The position numbers and the translations under genes were made by a program. Positions 42,651 through 53,163 of a DNA stretch of 64,000 nt are shown piece by piece. Below the pieces are notes generated by a model that had not been told where the DNA came from, searched no databases, and was given only the letters and a program-made list of their open reading frames with translations. This DNA comes from Acidimicrobiia bacterium (GTDB lineage Bacteria > Actinomycetota > Acidimicrobiia > Acidimicrobiales > Bin134): assembly GCA_009842675.1 (NCBI GenBank), contig VYEX01000021.1, positions 11,572-75,571 on the forward strand, in the 5' to 3' direction. Position 1 is the first letter of the stretch. Every line of letters begins with the position of its first letter.

Positions 42651-43912
42651 CCGCCACTGACGCAGCCGTTCGCCGGCGGGACGACAGCGCCGTGCTTCGC
42701 ATCAGCGAGGACGACGGAGAGCGGTTGGAGGCTGAATCCAACGCCAGCGACACCAGCATGATCATGAACATGGGGCCCCAGCACCCCAGCACTCACGGCG
42801 TGCTGCGGCTCATGCTGGAGATGGAGGGGGAGACGGTGATGCGCTCCAAGCCGGTAATCGGCTACCTCCACACCGGCATGGAGAAGACCGCCGAGACCCT
42901 CACCTATCTGCAAGGCCCCACCAACGTCACCCGCATGGACTACGCCTCCCCGCTGTTTAGCGAGCTGGCTTTCTCGATGGCCACCGAAGCGCTATTGGGC
43001 CTGGAGGTTCCTCCTCGAGCAGTCTGGATCAGGATGCTGATGTGCGAGCTGAACCGCATCAGCTCCCATCTGCTGTTCCAGGCCACCAACGGTATGGACA
43101 TCGGCGCGGTGTCGATGATGATCTACGGCTGGCGGGAGCGAGAAGAGGCCCTTCGCCTGCTGGAGACCATCACCGGCTTGCGGATGAACCACAATTTCAT
43201 ACGGCCCGGGGGCGTGGCCGCCGACCTCCCCGACGGCTGGCGCGACGAGGTTCTCACCCTCATCGACGCTCTGCCCGCCCGGCTCAACGAGTTTGACACC
43301 CTGCTCACCGGCCAGCCCATCTACCGGGAGCGATTGCAGGGTGTGGGGGTCATCAACACCGCCGAATGCCTGGCCTTGGGGGTGACCGGGCCCATTTTGC
43401 GCTCCACCGGCTATGCCTGGGACCTGCGCCGGGACATGCCCTATCTGGCCTACGACCAGATGGACTTCGACGTGGTGGTGGGAACCTACGGCGATTGCTT
43501 CGACCGCTACGCCATCCGGCTGAACGAGATCAGGGAGTCGATCCGCATCTTGGCCCAGATCCTCGACCAGATGCCCACCGGCGACTACCGGGTGCAAGAC
43601 AAGAAGGTCACCCCGCCGCCCCGGGCCCGCATCGACGAATCGATGGAGGCGTTGATCCACCACTTCAAGATCTTCACCGAGGGGTTCAAGGTGCCCGCCG
43701 GCGAGGTGTACGCCGCAGTGGAGTCCCCCCGGGGCGAGCTGGGCTGCTACATGGTGTCGGACGGCTCGGCGGTGCCCTACCGCATGCACATCCGCGGCCC
43801 CAGCTTTGTGAACCTGCAAACCCTGCCCCACATGATGCAGGGCGGCATGGTGGCTGACGCAGTGGCCATCATCTCTTCGGTCGACCCGATAATGGGGGAG
43901 GTGGACCGCTAG
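42647..43912 (+). CDS. nuoD: NADH-quinone oxidoreductase subunit D
   Basis: NMGPQHPSTHGVLRL, GYLHTGMEK, ESPRGELG, and ends ...IMGEVDR. Confidence 0.95.
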   Translation: MTATDAAVRRRDDSAVLRISEDDGERLEAESNASDTSMIMNMGPQHPSTHGVLRLMLEMEGETVMRSKPVIGYLHTGMEKTAETLTYLQGPTNVTRMDYASPLFSELAFSMATEALLGLEVPPRAVWIRMLMCELNRISSHLLFQATNGMDIGAVSMMIYGWREREEALRLLETITGLRMNHNFIRPGGVAADLPDGWRDEVLTLIDALPARLNEFDTLLTGQPIYRERLQGVGVINTAECLALGVTGPILRSTGYAWDLRRDMPYLAYDQMDFDVVVGTYGDCFDRYAIRLNEIRESIRILAQILDQMPTGDYRVQDKKVTPPPRARIDESMEALIHHFKIFTEGFKVPAGEVYAAVESPRGELGCYMVSDGSAVPYRMHIRGPSFVNLQTLPHMMQGGMVADAVAIISSVDPIMGEVDR

Positions 43913-43914
43913 CC

Positions 43915-44535
43915 ATGGCCCGCCTCAACGCCAACAACCTCACGGTGGCCCAGGACATCTTGAGCCGGTATCCGGTTCCCCGCTCCGCGCTCATCCCCCT
44001 GCTGCACTTGGCTCAAGAACAAGACGGTTACGTGGCCGAGGACGCCATGGCCCACATCGCCGAGCTGGTAGGGGTCACACCGGCTGAGGTGATGGGCACG
44101 TGCAGCTTCTATGAGATGCTCAAGCGGGAGCCGGTGGGCGACTACATGGTCAATATCTGCAACGGCATCTCATGTCATCTGCTGGGCTCGTCAGAGTTGA
44201 TCCACCACGCCGAGGCCACCTTGGGGGTGAGGCCCGGTGGGACCACCGACGACGGCAAGATCACCCTGGAGGCGGTGGAGTGCATTGCCGCCTGCACTGA
44301 GGCCCCCTGCCTCCAGATCAATTACCGCTACCGCAACCAGGTCACCACCGAAGACTTCGACCAGCTGGTCGAAGACCTGAGGGACGGGACCGCCGGAGTG
44401 GCACCCCACGGCCAGTTGGCTAAGGTACGCCAGCACATCGGCGACGACCGCCGGGCCGGGGTGTCGCCCCCCGACGGCCAAGGCGAGCCCGCCTGGATGG
44501 CCCGCAACCCCTCCGACAACGGAGATGGCTCGTGA
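43915..44535 (+). CDS. nuoE: NADH-quinone oxidoreductase subunit E
   Basis: The thioredoxin-like [2Fe-2S] Cys pattern is CSFYEM...CNGISCHL...ECIAACTEAP. Confidence 0.92.
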   Translation: MARLNANNLTVAQDILSRYPVPRSALIPLLHLAQEQDGYVAEDAMAHIAELVGVTPAEVMGTCSFYEMLKREPVGDYMVNICNGISCHLLGSSELIHHAEATLGVRPGGTTDDGKITLEAVECIAACTEAPCLQINYRYRNQVTTEDFDQLVEDLRDGTAGVAPHGQLAKVRQHIGDDRRAGVSPPDGQGEPAWMARNPSDNGDGS

Positions 44536-45869
44536 GCGCGCCCGCCCCCCAAGACCTGCGGATTATCACCTCCCGCTTCGACGTCGAAGACGGTCACACC
44601 TTGGCAGGATATGAGCGCACCGGGGGCTATGCCGGGTTGCGCCGAGCCATGGAAATGGCCCCAGCCGACGTCCACGGCGAGGTTCGCACCGCCAGCCTGC
44701 TGGGCCGGGGCGGTGCCGGATTTCCCGCCGGGGTCAAATGGGGGTTCTGCCCGCCCGGAGTGTGGCCCCGCTACCTGGTGGTGAACGGCGACGAGTCTGA
44801 GCCAGGCACCTACAAAGACCGCCTCCTCATGGAGCGCGATCCCCACCAGCTCATCGAGGGCTGTTTGATCGCCTGCTACGCCCTCGGTCTCTCCCAGTGC
44901 TTCTTGTACGTGCGCGGCGAGATGGCCCACGCCCAGGAGCGGCTGGCTGCCGCCCTCAACGAGGCCTACGAGGCGGGTTATGTGGGCGCCAACGTGTTAG
45001 GCGCCGAGGACTTCTCGGTGGACATCACCCTGCACTGGGGGGCCGGGGCCTACATCGTGGGAGAAGAGACCGCGCTCATCGAGAGCCTGGAAGGCGACCG
45101 GGGAATGCCCCGGCTCAAGCCCCCCTATTTCCCGGCGTCCATCGGCCTCTACGGCAAGCCCACCATTGTCAACAACGTGGAGACCCTGGCCAACCTGCCG
45201 TGGATCGTCTCCAATGGCGGGGAGGCCTTTGCCGCCATGGGGGCGGAAAACTCCACCGGCACCCGGGTGTTTGCGGTGTCGGGCCACGTGGCCACCCCCG
45301 GGGTGTTCGAGGTGCCATTCGGCACCACCACCTTCCGTGACATCATCTTCGACCCCCTCTACGCCGGGGGGATGCGACCGGGCCGGACCCTTAAGACGTT
45401 CATTCCCGGTGGCGCGTCGGCTCCGTGGTTCTTCGAGGAGCACCTCGACCTGCCTTTGGAGAAGACCACGGTGGATCAGGCCGGCTCCATGCTGGGCTCG
45501 GGGGCCATCGTGGTCATGGACGACACCACCGACGTGGTGAAGGCCTGCCACAACGTGGTCCGGTTCTTCGCCCGGGAGTCCTGCGGCAAGTGCACCCCGT
45601 GTCGGGAAGGCACCTCCTGGCTGGAGAAGATCCTCAGCCGCATCCTGGCCGGCCAGGGCCGCTCCCAAGATCTAGACCTCCTCATGGACGTGTGCGACAA
45701 CATCAGCCCCGGAATCAATTGGCCGCCCCGCCAGACCACCATCTGCCCGCTGGGCCCGTCGGCCGTGTCGCCCATCGCCTCGGCCCTGGAACGGTTCCGC
45801 AGCGAGTTCGAGGCCTATCTGCCCGCCACCGCAGTCGCGGTCACCACGAGCGCAGGAGCCGTGTCGTGA
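44532..45869 (+). CDS. nuoF: NADH-quinone oxidoreductase subunit F
   Basis: GRGGAGFPAGVKW (FMN site), GAGAYIVGEETALIESLEG, ESCGKCTPCREG (N3 cluster). Confidence 0.95.
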   Translation: MSAPAPQDLRIITSRFDVEDGHTLAGYERTGGYAGLRRAMEMAPADVHGEVRTASLLGRGGAGFPAGVKWGFCPPGVWPRYLVVNGDESEPGTYKDRLLMERDPHQLIEGCLIACYALGLSQCFLYVRGEMAHAQERLAAALNEAYEAGYVGANVLGAEDFSVDITLHWGAGAYIVGEETALIESLEGDRGMPRLKPPYFPASIGLYGKPTIVNNVETLANLPWIVSNGGEAFAAMGAENSTGTRVFAVSGHVATPGVFEVPFGTTTFRDIIFDPLYAGGMRPGRTLKTFIPGGASAPWFFEEHLDLPLEKTTVDQAGSMLGSGAIVVMDDTTDVVKACHNVVRFFARESCGKCTPCREGTSWLEKILSRILAGQGRSQDLDLLMDVCDNISPGINWPPRQTTICPLGPSAVSPIASALERFRSEFEAYLPATAVAVTTSAGAVS

Positions 45870-48409
45870 GCGAGCAAGAGACAGTGGTCAACATCACCGT
45901 CAACGGCCAGCCGGTGGAGGCCCAGCCTGGCGAGTGGGTCATTGCCGCTGCCGAGCGGGCCGGGGTGTACATCCCCCACTTCTGCTACCACCCCCGCATG
46001 AATTCGGTGGGCATGTGCCGGATGTGCATCGTGGACATCGACACCGGACGAGGCCCCGCCCTGCAACCTTCCTGCATGGTCGCAGTGACCGAAGGAATGG
46101 TGGTGGACACCACCTCCGATCAAACCCGCAAAGCCCAAGACGGGGTGCTGGAATTTCTGCTGCTGAACCACCCGCTCGACTGCCCGGTGTGCGACAAGGG
46201 CGGCGAGTGCCCCCTCCAAGACCAGACCATGGCCTACGGCCCCGGCGAAAGCCGGTTTGTGGAGGAGAAGCGCCACTTCGAGAAGCCCATCCCGGTGAAC
46301 GACCTGGTTTATCTCGACCGGGAGCGCTGCATCCTGTGCGACCGCTGCACCCGGTTTGCCGACGAAGTGGCCGGCGACCCGCTGATCACCTTCCAAGACC
46401 GGGGCGACCAAACCCAGGTCAACACCTTCCCCGACCTGCCCTTCTCCTCCTATTTCAGCGGCAACACCGTGCAGATCTGCCCGGTGGGCGCCCTCACCGC
46501 GGTGCCCTATCGGTTCAAGGCCCGCCCCTGGGATCTCACCGAGGTGGAGTCCACCTATCCCAACCCGATGGGCGACCGGGTGGTGGTCCAGGCCTCCCGC
46601 GATCAGGTGCTGCGCTATCAGGGGGTGGACAGCGACGCGGTCAACTGGGGGTGGCTGACCGACAAGGACCGCTTCTCATTTGAAGCAGCTGCCAGCGACC
46701 TTCGGCTTCAGACCCCGCTGCTTCGGGGCACGCCCTTGGGCCGACCCGACCCCGGCGGCAGCGAGCTGGTGGAAACCACCTGGCGCCAAGCCCTTAGCCA
46801 GGCCGCTGACGCCATCAAGGGGGCAATCGCCTGCAATGGCCCTCAATCGGTGGCGGTGCTGGGCGGCGCCCGGCTGACCAACGAAGACCAATACGTTTGG
46901 GCCCGGCTGGCCAAAGGCGTCATCGGAACCGACAACGTCGATGCTCAGCTCGACGATGGCCTGCCGGCCGATGCTGTGCTCGGCCTGCCCCGGGCCACCA
47001 TCAACCGGGCCTGCACTCCAGGCGGCACCGTCATCCTGCTGGCCCCCGATCCCAAAGAGGAACAGGGCACCCTGTACCTGCGCCTGCGCCACGCCGTGGT
47101 CAACGACGGTGTGCAGCTCATTGAGATCACCCCTCGCTCCACCGGGTTGAGCCACCTGGCTGCCCACCGGCTGCACCACCGCCCCGGCGAGGCCGCCGCG
47201 GTGGCCACCGCGCTGGTAGGCGGCGACATCGACCCCGGACCCGACGGAGATATCGGCGGCGCTCCCGCAGCCGACGTGGCTGCTGCGGCGACGGCGCTGG
47301 CCGACCGGGCTGACCAGCCGATTACCGTCATATTGGGCCGCCCCTCGCTGGCCGAATCGGCCGATTTCACCTTGGACGCGGCGGCCGAACTGGCGCGGTT
47401 CGCCAATCTTCTCAATGCCGGTGGCCGACCGGGCATCGCGTTTCTGCCCGCGCTGCACCGGGGCAACGTGTTGGGAGCCCTCGACATGGGATTGGCCCCT
47501 GGCCTGCTGCCCGGGCGAACAACCCTGGCCGATGGCGGCTCGGCGCTCGCCGAGTCGTGGGGCTCGGTGCCCTCCGCACCGGGTCAGGATGCCCGAGGCA
47601 TCCTGAAGGCCGCCGCCGAAGGCCGCATCGACGTGTTGATATTGCTGGGCGCCGATCCGCTGGGCGACTACCCCAACGCTGAGCAGGCCGAAGAAGCCCT
47701 CAATCGGGTGGGCACGATCATCGCTTCAGATCTGTTCCTCAACCCGTCAGCGGCCCGGGCCCACATTGTTTTCCCCGCTGCCGGTTTCGCCGAACGCCGG
47801 GGCACCCACACCAACCTGGAGGGGCGGATCACCAGCCAGCGCCAGATCATTACCCCTCCGGGCACTGCCCGGGCCGACTGGGCCATCGCCACCGAACTGG
47901 CCCGACAACTCGGCGCCGACTTCGGTTTCGGCTCCCCCGAAGACGTGTGGGAGGAGATCGCCCGGGTGGCCCCGTCGCACCGGAACCTCTCCTCCCAAGC
48001 CATCGAGGCCGCCGACGACGGCGTGGTGGTCGCCGACAGCTCAATCGAATTCGCCCCACCTGATGCCCCCACCTCGGCGCCGCATATCGATGCCTACAGC
48101 CTGCGGCTGGTGTCGGCTCGGCGGATGTACGACCGGGGCACCCTGGTTCAGCACGCCGGTTCGCTGGCCGGCCTGGCGCCGACCGCGGTCCTATCGGTCA
48201 ATCCCTACGACTTCGACCGGGTAGGCGTGGAGCCGGGCACCGACGTACAGGTGATTTCCCACGTGGGTGAGATGGACATGCCAGTGGTGGCCGACCCCGG
48301 CGTGCCTCGGGGGACCGCAGCGTTCGGCTACAACTACCCCGACTTGGATGTGCGGGATCTGGTAGATCCCGAGGCCGCGGTCACCGACTTGAGGATCCAA
48401 ACCCGATGA
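45866..48409 (+). CDS. nuoG: NADH-quinone oxidoreductase subunit G
   Basis: GTGA overlap with nuoF. CYHPRMNSVGMCRMC, HPLDCPVCDKGGECPLQD and CILCDRCTRF, followed by a molybdopterin-oxidoreductase-like domain. The track ORF (45425..) has a spurious 5' extension inside nuoF. Confidence 0.93.
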   Translation: MSEQETVVNITVNGQPVEAQPGEWVIAAAERAGVYIPHFCYHPRMNSVGMCRMCIVDIDTGRGPALQPSCMVAVTEGMVVDTTSDQTRKAQDGVLEFLLLNHPLDCPVCDKGGECPLQDQTMAYGPGESRFVEEKRHFEKPIPVNDLVYLDRERCILCDRCTRFADEVAGDPLITFQDRGDQTQVNTFPDLPFSSYFSGNTVQICPVGALTAVPYRFKARPWDLTEVESTYPNPMGDRVVVQASRDQVLRYQGVDSDAVNWGWLTDKDRFSFEAAASDLRLQTPLLRGTPLGRPDPGGSELVETTWRQALSQAADAIKGAIACNGPQSVAVLGGARLTNEDQYVWARLAKGVIGTDNVDAQLDDGLPADAVLGLPRATINRACTPGGTVILLAPDPKEEQGTLYLRLRHAVVNDGVQLIEITPRSTGLSHLAAHRLHHRPGEAAAVATALVGGDIDPGPDGDIGGAPAADVAAAATALADRADQPITVILGRPSLAESADFTLDAAAELARFANLLNAGGRPGIAFLPALHRGNVLGALDMGLAPGLLPGRTTLADGGSALAESWGSVPSAPGQDARGILKAAAEGRIDVLILLGADPLGDYPNAEQAEEALNRVGTIIASDLFLNPSAARAHIVFPAAGFAERRGTHTNLEGRITSQRQIITPPGTARADWAIATELARQLGADFGFGSPEDVWEEIARVAPSHRNLSSQAIEAADDGVVVADSSIEFAPPDAPTSAPHIDAYSLRLVSARRMYDRGTLVQHAGSLAGLAPTAVLSVNPYDFDRVGVEPGTDVQVISHVGEMDMPVVADPGVPRGTAAFGYNYPDLDVRDLVDPEAAVTDLRIQTR

Positions 48410-48443
48410 CCGCGGAGATGCCGTTCCAGGGGGTTCGTACCCG

Positions 48444-49661
48444 ATGACCGCGGTTCTGGGTCCCTCCGTGTTTGGCCTCGACCCCCTTTATGTCGGCGGG
48501 GTGGGCTTGGCCGAAGTGCTCATCACCCTGCTCAAGGTGGGGGTGGCCTTCGCCATCCTCTTGGTGGCCGTGATGCTGATGATCTGGTTCGAGCGCAAGC
48601 TCATCAGCGACATGCAGAACCGCATCGGCCCCAACCTGGCCGGTCCGTTTGGCATCTTCCAGACGCTGGCCGACGGCATCAAACTGTTCTTCAAGGAGGA
48701 CCTCGTCCCTGAGCAGTCCGACCGCTTGGTGTTCAAGCTGGCCCCCTACCTGTCGCTGGTGCCCGCCTTCTTGGTGTTCGCCGTGGTCCCAGTGGGGGGA
48801 GACTTCAGCGGGGGCAATGGCCGAGTGTCCTTGTTCGGCCACGAGACCTTCCTCCAGGTGTCCGACCCGCCGGTGGGAATCCTGCTGGTGCTGGCCATGT
48901 CGTCAGTGGCCGTCTACGGAGTCATGCTGGCCGGCTGGTCGTCGGGCTCCAAGTACCCGCTGCTGGCGTCGGTGCGAGCCTCGGCCCAGATGGTTTCCTA
49001 TGAGGCTGCTCTGGGCTTGTCTTTGGCCGCAGTGCTGCTGAAGTCGGGCAGCCTGTCCACCCACAACATTGTGGCCGAACAGTCGGTGTGGAACTGGAAC
49101 TTGTGGGTCACCTGGGTGGTGCCCATGGTCATCTTCTTGATTGCAGCCACCGCTGAGCTGAACCGGCCCCCGTTCGACTTGGTGGAGGCCGAGCAAGAGC
49201 TGGTCGGCGGATTCCACACCGAGTACAGCTCCCTCCGGTTCGCCTTGTTCTTCCTGGCCGAGTTCATGAACACCATCACAATGTCGGCCATCATCGTGAC
49301 GCTGTTTTTGGGCGGGCCCAACGGCCCCGACTTCACCACGGTGGGCTGGCTGTCGGGCCTGCTGTGGTTCTTCATCAAGCTGATGTTGTTCCTGTTCGCT
49401 TTCGTATGGCTGCGGGCCACCCTGCCCCGCTTTCGCTACGACCAGCTCATGGACTTGGGCTGGAAGCTGCTCATCCCCCTGTCGCTGGGCTGGCTGCTGG
49501 TGCTGGCCTCCTATGACGTGGCCGGCGATCGGGGCTGGAACCGGGCCGCCGCGGTGATCGTGATGCTGGCCATCATGGCCGCGTTGGCCGGGCTGCTGGC
49601 CCTAGCCCTGCGGGCCGCCCGCCAACGCCGAGAGCTCGACCCCCAAGGAGGATTTGCCTAA
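48444..49661 (+). CDS. nuoH: NADH-quinone oxidoreductase subunit H
   Basis: ERKLISDMQNRIGPN, GIFQTLADGIKLF, NRPPFDLVEAEQELVGGFHTEYS. Confidence 0.95.
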   Translation: MTAVLGPSVFGLDPLYVGGVGLAEVLITLLKVGVAFAILLVAVMLMIWFERKLISDMQNRIGPNLAGPFGIFQTLADGIKLFFKEDLVPEQSDRLVFKLAPYLSLVPAFLVFAVVPVGGDFSGGNGRVSLFGHETFLQVSDPPVGILLVLAMSSVAVYGVMLAGWSSGSKYPLLASVRASAQMVSYEAALGLSLAAVLLKSGSLSTHNIVAEQSVWNWNLWVTWVVPMVIFLIAATAELNRPPFDLVEAEQELVGGFHTEYSSLRFALFFLAEFMNTITMSAIIVTLFLGGPNGPDFTTVGWLSGLLWFFIKLMLFLFAFVWLRATLPRFRYDQLMDLGWKLLIPLSLGWLLVLASYDVAGDRGWNRAAAVIVMLAIMAALAGLLALALRAARQRRELDPQGGFA

Positions 49662-50317
49662 TGGGATACCTCCAAGGATTTGCCATCACCCTGCGCAAGC
49701 TGTTGAAGGGCACCGAGTCGGGCCGGGTGGTCACCACCCAGTACCCCGATGAGAAGCGCCCCAAGCCTGAGCGCTTCCACGGCCGCCATGTGCTCAACCG
49801 CTACGAGGACGGCATGGAGAAGTGCATCGGCTGCGAGCTGTGCGCCGGGGTGTGTCCGGCCCGCTGCATATATGTGCGGGGCGCCGACAATCCGCCCGAC
49901 GATCCGGTGTCGCCCGGGGAGCGCTTCGGCTACGTGTACGAGATCAACTACCTGCGGTGCATTCACTGCGACCTGTGCGTGGAGGCCTGTCCCACCGAGG
50001 CCATCACCGAGTCGAAGCTGTTCGAGTTCTCGTTCACCAACCGGTCCGACGCCATTTACACCAAAGACGAGCTGGTGGTGGGCGACGACGGCCGGCCCCA
50101 GCAGCTTCCCTGGGAGCACTGGGAACCCGGCGACGACGAGCACACCTCGGCTTGGGTGCGGGCCACATCGCCTTCGGGACAAGCCGCCTACGAGGGCCAG
50201 GTGGCCTGGTCGGGGGAGCTGGGCTACGGCATCCGCTCACCCGAACGGGGCCAGACGGCTGACGAAGAGCCTGAGGAAGCTGACGCCACAGATGACGACC
50301 ATGGGGGTCACCACTGA
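49661..50317 (+). CDS. nuoI: NADH-quinone oxidoreductase subunit I
   Basis: CIGCELCAGVCP and CIHCDLCVEACP. It has a long acidic/His C-terminal tail ending ...DDDHGGHH. Confidence 0.93.
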   Translation: MGYLQGFAITLRKLLKGTESGRVVTTQYPDEKRPKPERFHGRHVLNRYEDGMEKCIGCELCAGVCPARCIYVRGADNPPDDPVSPGERFGYVYEINYLRCIHCDLCVEACPTEAITESKLFEFSFTNRSDAIYTKDELVVGDDGRPQQLPWEHWEPGDDEHTSAWVRATSPSGQAAYEGQVAWSGELGYGIRSPERGQTADEEPEEADATDDDHGGHH

Positions 50318-50886
50318 TGGAGACCGCGGTCTTCATAGTGTGCGCGGCCATTGTGTTGGCCGGTGCTTTGGGCGTAGTTCTGGCCCGCAACCCGGTTCAC
50401 GCCGCGTTGAGCCTGGTGGGGACGCTGTTCGGCATGGCCGTCTTGTTCCTCAACCTAGAGGCCCACTTCCTGGCCGCGGTGCAGATCATCGTCTACGCCG
50501 GCGCCATCGTGGTGCTGTTCTTGTTCGTGATCATGCTGTTGGGCGTCGACCGGCTCGAAGATCTGTCGGTGGAGCCCATCACTGGGCAGCGAGTTCTGGC
50601 CGGTATCGTGGGCTTGGGCACCTTCGGGCTGGCGGTGGCCTTTCTGGTCACCAGTGACATCGGCTTGCCGGGCCAAGAGGCCCTCACGGGGCCCATCACC
50701 GATCAGTACTCCAACTTGCGCCAGATCGCCGACGTCTTGTTCACCGACTACGTGTACGCCTTTGAGGCCACCGCCGCCCTGCTGACCATTTCGGTGGTGG
50801 GCGCAGTGGTCATGTCTCGCCGCATAGCCCGCGCCGACCAGGCCCAGGAAGCCCCCGAATCCCAGGAAGCCGCAAGGGACGACTGA
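50317..50886 (+). CDS. nuoJ: NADH-quinone oxidoreductase subunit J
   Basis: [51 protein letters not shown]. Confidence 0.9.
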   Translation: METAVFIVCAAIVLAGALGVVLARNPVHAALSLVGTLFGMAVLFLNLEAHFLAAVQIIVYAGAIVVLFLFVIMLLGVDRLEDLSVEPITGQRVLAGIVGLGTFGLAVAFLVTSDIGLPGQEALTGPITDQYSNLRQIADVLFTDYVYAFEATAALLTISVVGAVVMSRRIARADQAQEAPESQEAARDD

Positions 50887-51188
50887 TGGTCACCGCTTCC
50901 TGGTATCTGATCCTGGCCGCCGGGCTGTTCACCATCGGCGCGGTGGGCCTATTGGTGCGGCGCAACCCGCTGATCATGTTCATGTGCGTGGAGCTGATGC
51001 TCAACGCCGTCAACCTCACCTTCATCACCTTCGGGCGAGAGTTGGGCGACATTGGCGGGCAGGTGTCGGTGTTCTTTGTACTGGTGGTGGCGGCCGCCGA
51101 GGTGGTGGTGGGCTTGGCCATCGTGGTGGCCATCAACCGCCGTCGCCCCCAGGCCACCGCCGACGACCTATCGGCGCTGAGGGGATAG
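50886..51188 (+). CDS. nuoK: NADH-quinone oxidoreductase subunit K
   Basis: 100 aa, three [22 protein letters not shown]...[12 protein letters not shown]. Confidence 0.93.
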   Translation: MVTASWYLILAAGLFTIGAVGLLVRRNPLIMFMCVELMLNAVNLTFITFGRELGDIGGQVSVFFVLVVAAAEVVVGLAIVVAINRRRPQATADDLSALRG

Positions 51189-51195
51189 CGGAGTC

Positions 51196-53163
51196 ATGGG
51201 CACGCTCGTCGATCTGGTCTGGTTGATCCCCGCTTTCCCGCTGGCCGGGGTGCTGATGTTGATGGCTTTGGGCCGCCGTCTGGGCGAGCCCCGGGCCGGC
51301 TGGCTGGCCACCGCCATGATGGGCGGATCATTCGTGGCCACCCTGTTGGTGTTCATCGGGCTGGTGGGCCACGAGGGCGACGAGCGGGAGACGGTGCTCA
51401 CCTTGTTCGAGTGGGTGCCGGCCGGGAAGCTGGCGGTGGACATCGGTTTTCTGGCCGACCCGCTGTCCATCACCATGGCCCTGTTCGTGACCGGGGTCGG
51501 GGCGCTCATCCACCTGTACTCCATCGGCTACATGCATGGAGACGCCGATTTCTCCCGGTTCTTCATCTACCTCAACCTGTTCGCCTTCTCCATGCTCATG
51601 CTGGTGCTGGGCGACAATCTGCTACTCACCTTCCTGGGTTGGGAGGGAGTGGGGGCCTGTTCCTACCTGCTGATCTCGTTCTGGTTCACCGACGAGGCCA
51701 ACGCCTCAGCGGGCAAGAAGGCGTTCGTCACCAACCGGGTGGGGGACTGGGGCTTTCTGGTGGCCATGCTCCTGGCGTTTTTGACCTTCGGGTCGCTCCA
51801 GTACGGGGAGATCTTCTTCGAAGTCGAGTCACACGGTGTGGCGGCGGGCACGGCGTCGGCCATCGTGGTGCTATTGCTGGTGGGCGCGGCGGGCAAGTCG
51901 GCCCAGTTCCCGCTGCACATCTGGCTGCCCGATGCTATGGCCGGTCCCACCCCAGTGTCAGCCCTCATCCACGCTGCCACCATGGTCACTGCCGGGGTGT
52001 ACCTGCTCACCCGGATGAACCCCATCATCGCCGAGGCCCACGGCTGGGTCCCCGACCTCATCATGTGGGTGGGCCTGGGCACCGCGCTGATGGCCGCCAC
52101 CATCGCGGTGGCCCAAAACGACATCAAGAAGGTGCTGGCCTACTCCACCGTCAGCCAGCTGGGGTTCATGTTCGTGGCCGTGGGGTCGGGGGCCTATGTG
52201 GCCGCCATCTTCCACATGGTCACCCACGCATTCTTCAAGGCGCTGTTGTTCTTGGGGGCCGGGTCGGTGATCCACGGCATGGACGGCGACCAGGACATCC
52301 GCCGCTACGGGGGGTTGGCCCGGCTGCTGCCCATCACCTCGATGACCTTTGTGGCCGGCTGGCTGGCCATCGCCGGGGTGCCCCCGTTCTCGGGCTTCTG
52401 GTCGAAGGACGAGATCCTGGCCTACGCCTACGGCGAGAACAAGGTGCTGTGGGTGCTGTTGCTAGCCACTGCGATCCTCACCGCCTTCTACATGACCCGG
52501 CTGGTGCTGATGACCTTCTTCGGCCCACCCCGCTGGGTGTCCGGCGACGAACACGTCAATGCAGAAGACTCGGCCGACGCTGACGAGCCCGAAGCCCATT
52601 CCGAGACGGCCCCACCTCACCGCCACCCCCACGAGTCGCCGTGGACCATGACCATTCCGCTGGTGGTGCTGGCCGGATTGGCCATGGTGGCCGGGGTGTT
52701 CAACCTGCCGTTCACCTCCGATGTCCACTTCTTGGGCAACTGGCTGAAGCCCTCCCTGTTCGGCAACGCCGGCCATTTGCCCTTCGGCGGGGGCACCCAG
52801 TGGGTGCTGGCCTTAGTAGCCATCGTCGGCAGCCTCGGGGGTGTGTCGGCTGGGGCCGCGGTGTACATCCGCCGCCGGATCGACCCGGCCCGCATCGAGC
52901 ACCCCTTCTTGGCCCGGGCGTGGCGCATCGACGAGATCGTCACCAATTTCATGGGCGGTCCCGGCCGCCGGGCCTTCGAGCGCACCACCCAATTCGATGA
53001 ACAGGTGGTGGACGGCGCGGTAAACGCCACCGGCACCATGATCCGCCGGGGTGGGACCAAGCTGCGGGTGTCGCAATCCGGCTTGGTCCGTAGCTATGCC
53101 TTGGGCATCGCCATCGGCGCGGTGGCGCTGCTGGCCTGGTTCATCTCAAGGGCGGGAATCTAA
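51196..53163 (+). CDS. nuoL: NADH-quinone oxidoreductase subunit L
   Basis: Antiporter-like subunit: FLGWEGVGACSYLLISFW, GKSAQFPLHIWLPDAMAGPTPVSALIHAATMVTAG. 655 aa including the lateral-helix region. Confidence 0.93.
   Translation: MGTLVDLVWLIPAFPLAGVLMLMALGRRLGEPRAGWLATAMMGGSFVATLLVFIGLVGHEGDERETVLTLFEWVPAGKLAVDIGFLADPLSITMALFVTGVGALIHLYSIGYMHGDADFSRFFIYLNLFAFSMLMLVLGDNLLLTFLGWEGVGACSYLLISFWFTDEANASAGKKAFVTNRVGDWGFLVAMLLAFLTFGSLQYGEIFFEVESHGVAAGTASAIVVLLLVGAAGKSAQFPLHIWLPDAMAGPTPVSALIHAATMVTAGVYLLTRMNPIIAEAHGWVPDLIMWVGLGTALMAATIAVAQNDIKKVLAYSTVSQLGFMFVAVGSGAYVAAIFHMVTHAFFKALLFLGAGSVIHGMDGDQDIRRYGGLARLLPITSMTFVAGWLAIAGVPPFSGFWSKDEILAYAYGENKVLWVLLLATAILTAFYMTRLVLMTFFGPPRWVSGDEHVNAEDSADADEPEAHSETAPPHRHPHESPWTMTIPLVVLAGLAMVAGVFNLPFTSDVHFLGNWLKPSLFGNAGHLPFGGGTQWVLALVAIVGSLGGVSAGAAVYIRRRIDPARIEHPFLARAWRIDEIVTNFMGGPGRRAFERTTQFDEQVVDGAVNATGTMIRRGGTKLRVSQSGLVRSYALGIAIGAVALLAWFISRAGI

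Noticed and set aside
45425-45865. 5' extensions of real genes in the ORF track: nuoG from 45425, nuoB from 41410, the methyltransferase from 12088, ctaE from 8925, ctaF from 9239, the MoaD-like gene from 22459, and cytochrome b from 35955.
   Set aside because: The extensions lie inside the preceding, well-supported gene in another frame. Internal starts (often ATGA/GTGA overlaps or SD-preceded) give products matching family N-termini.
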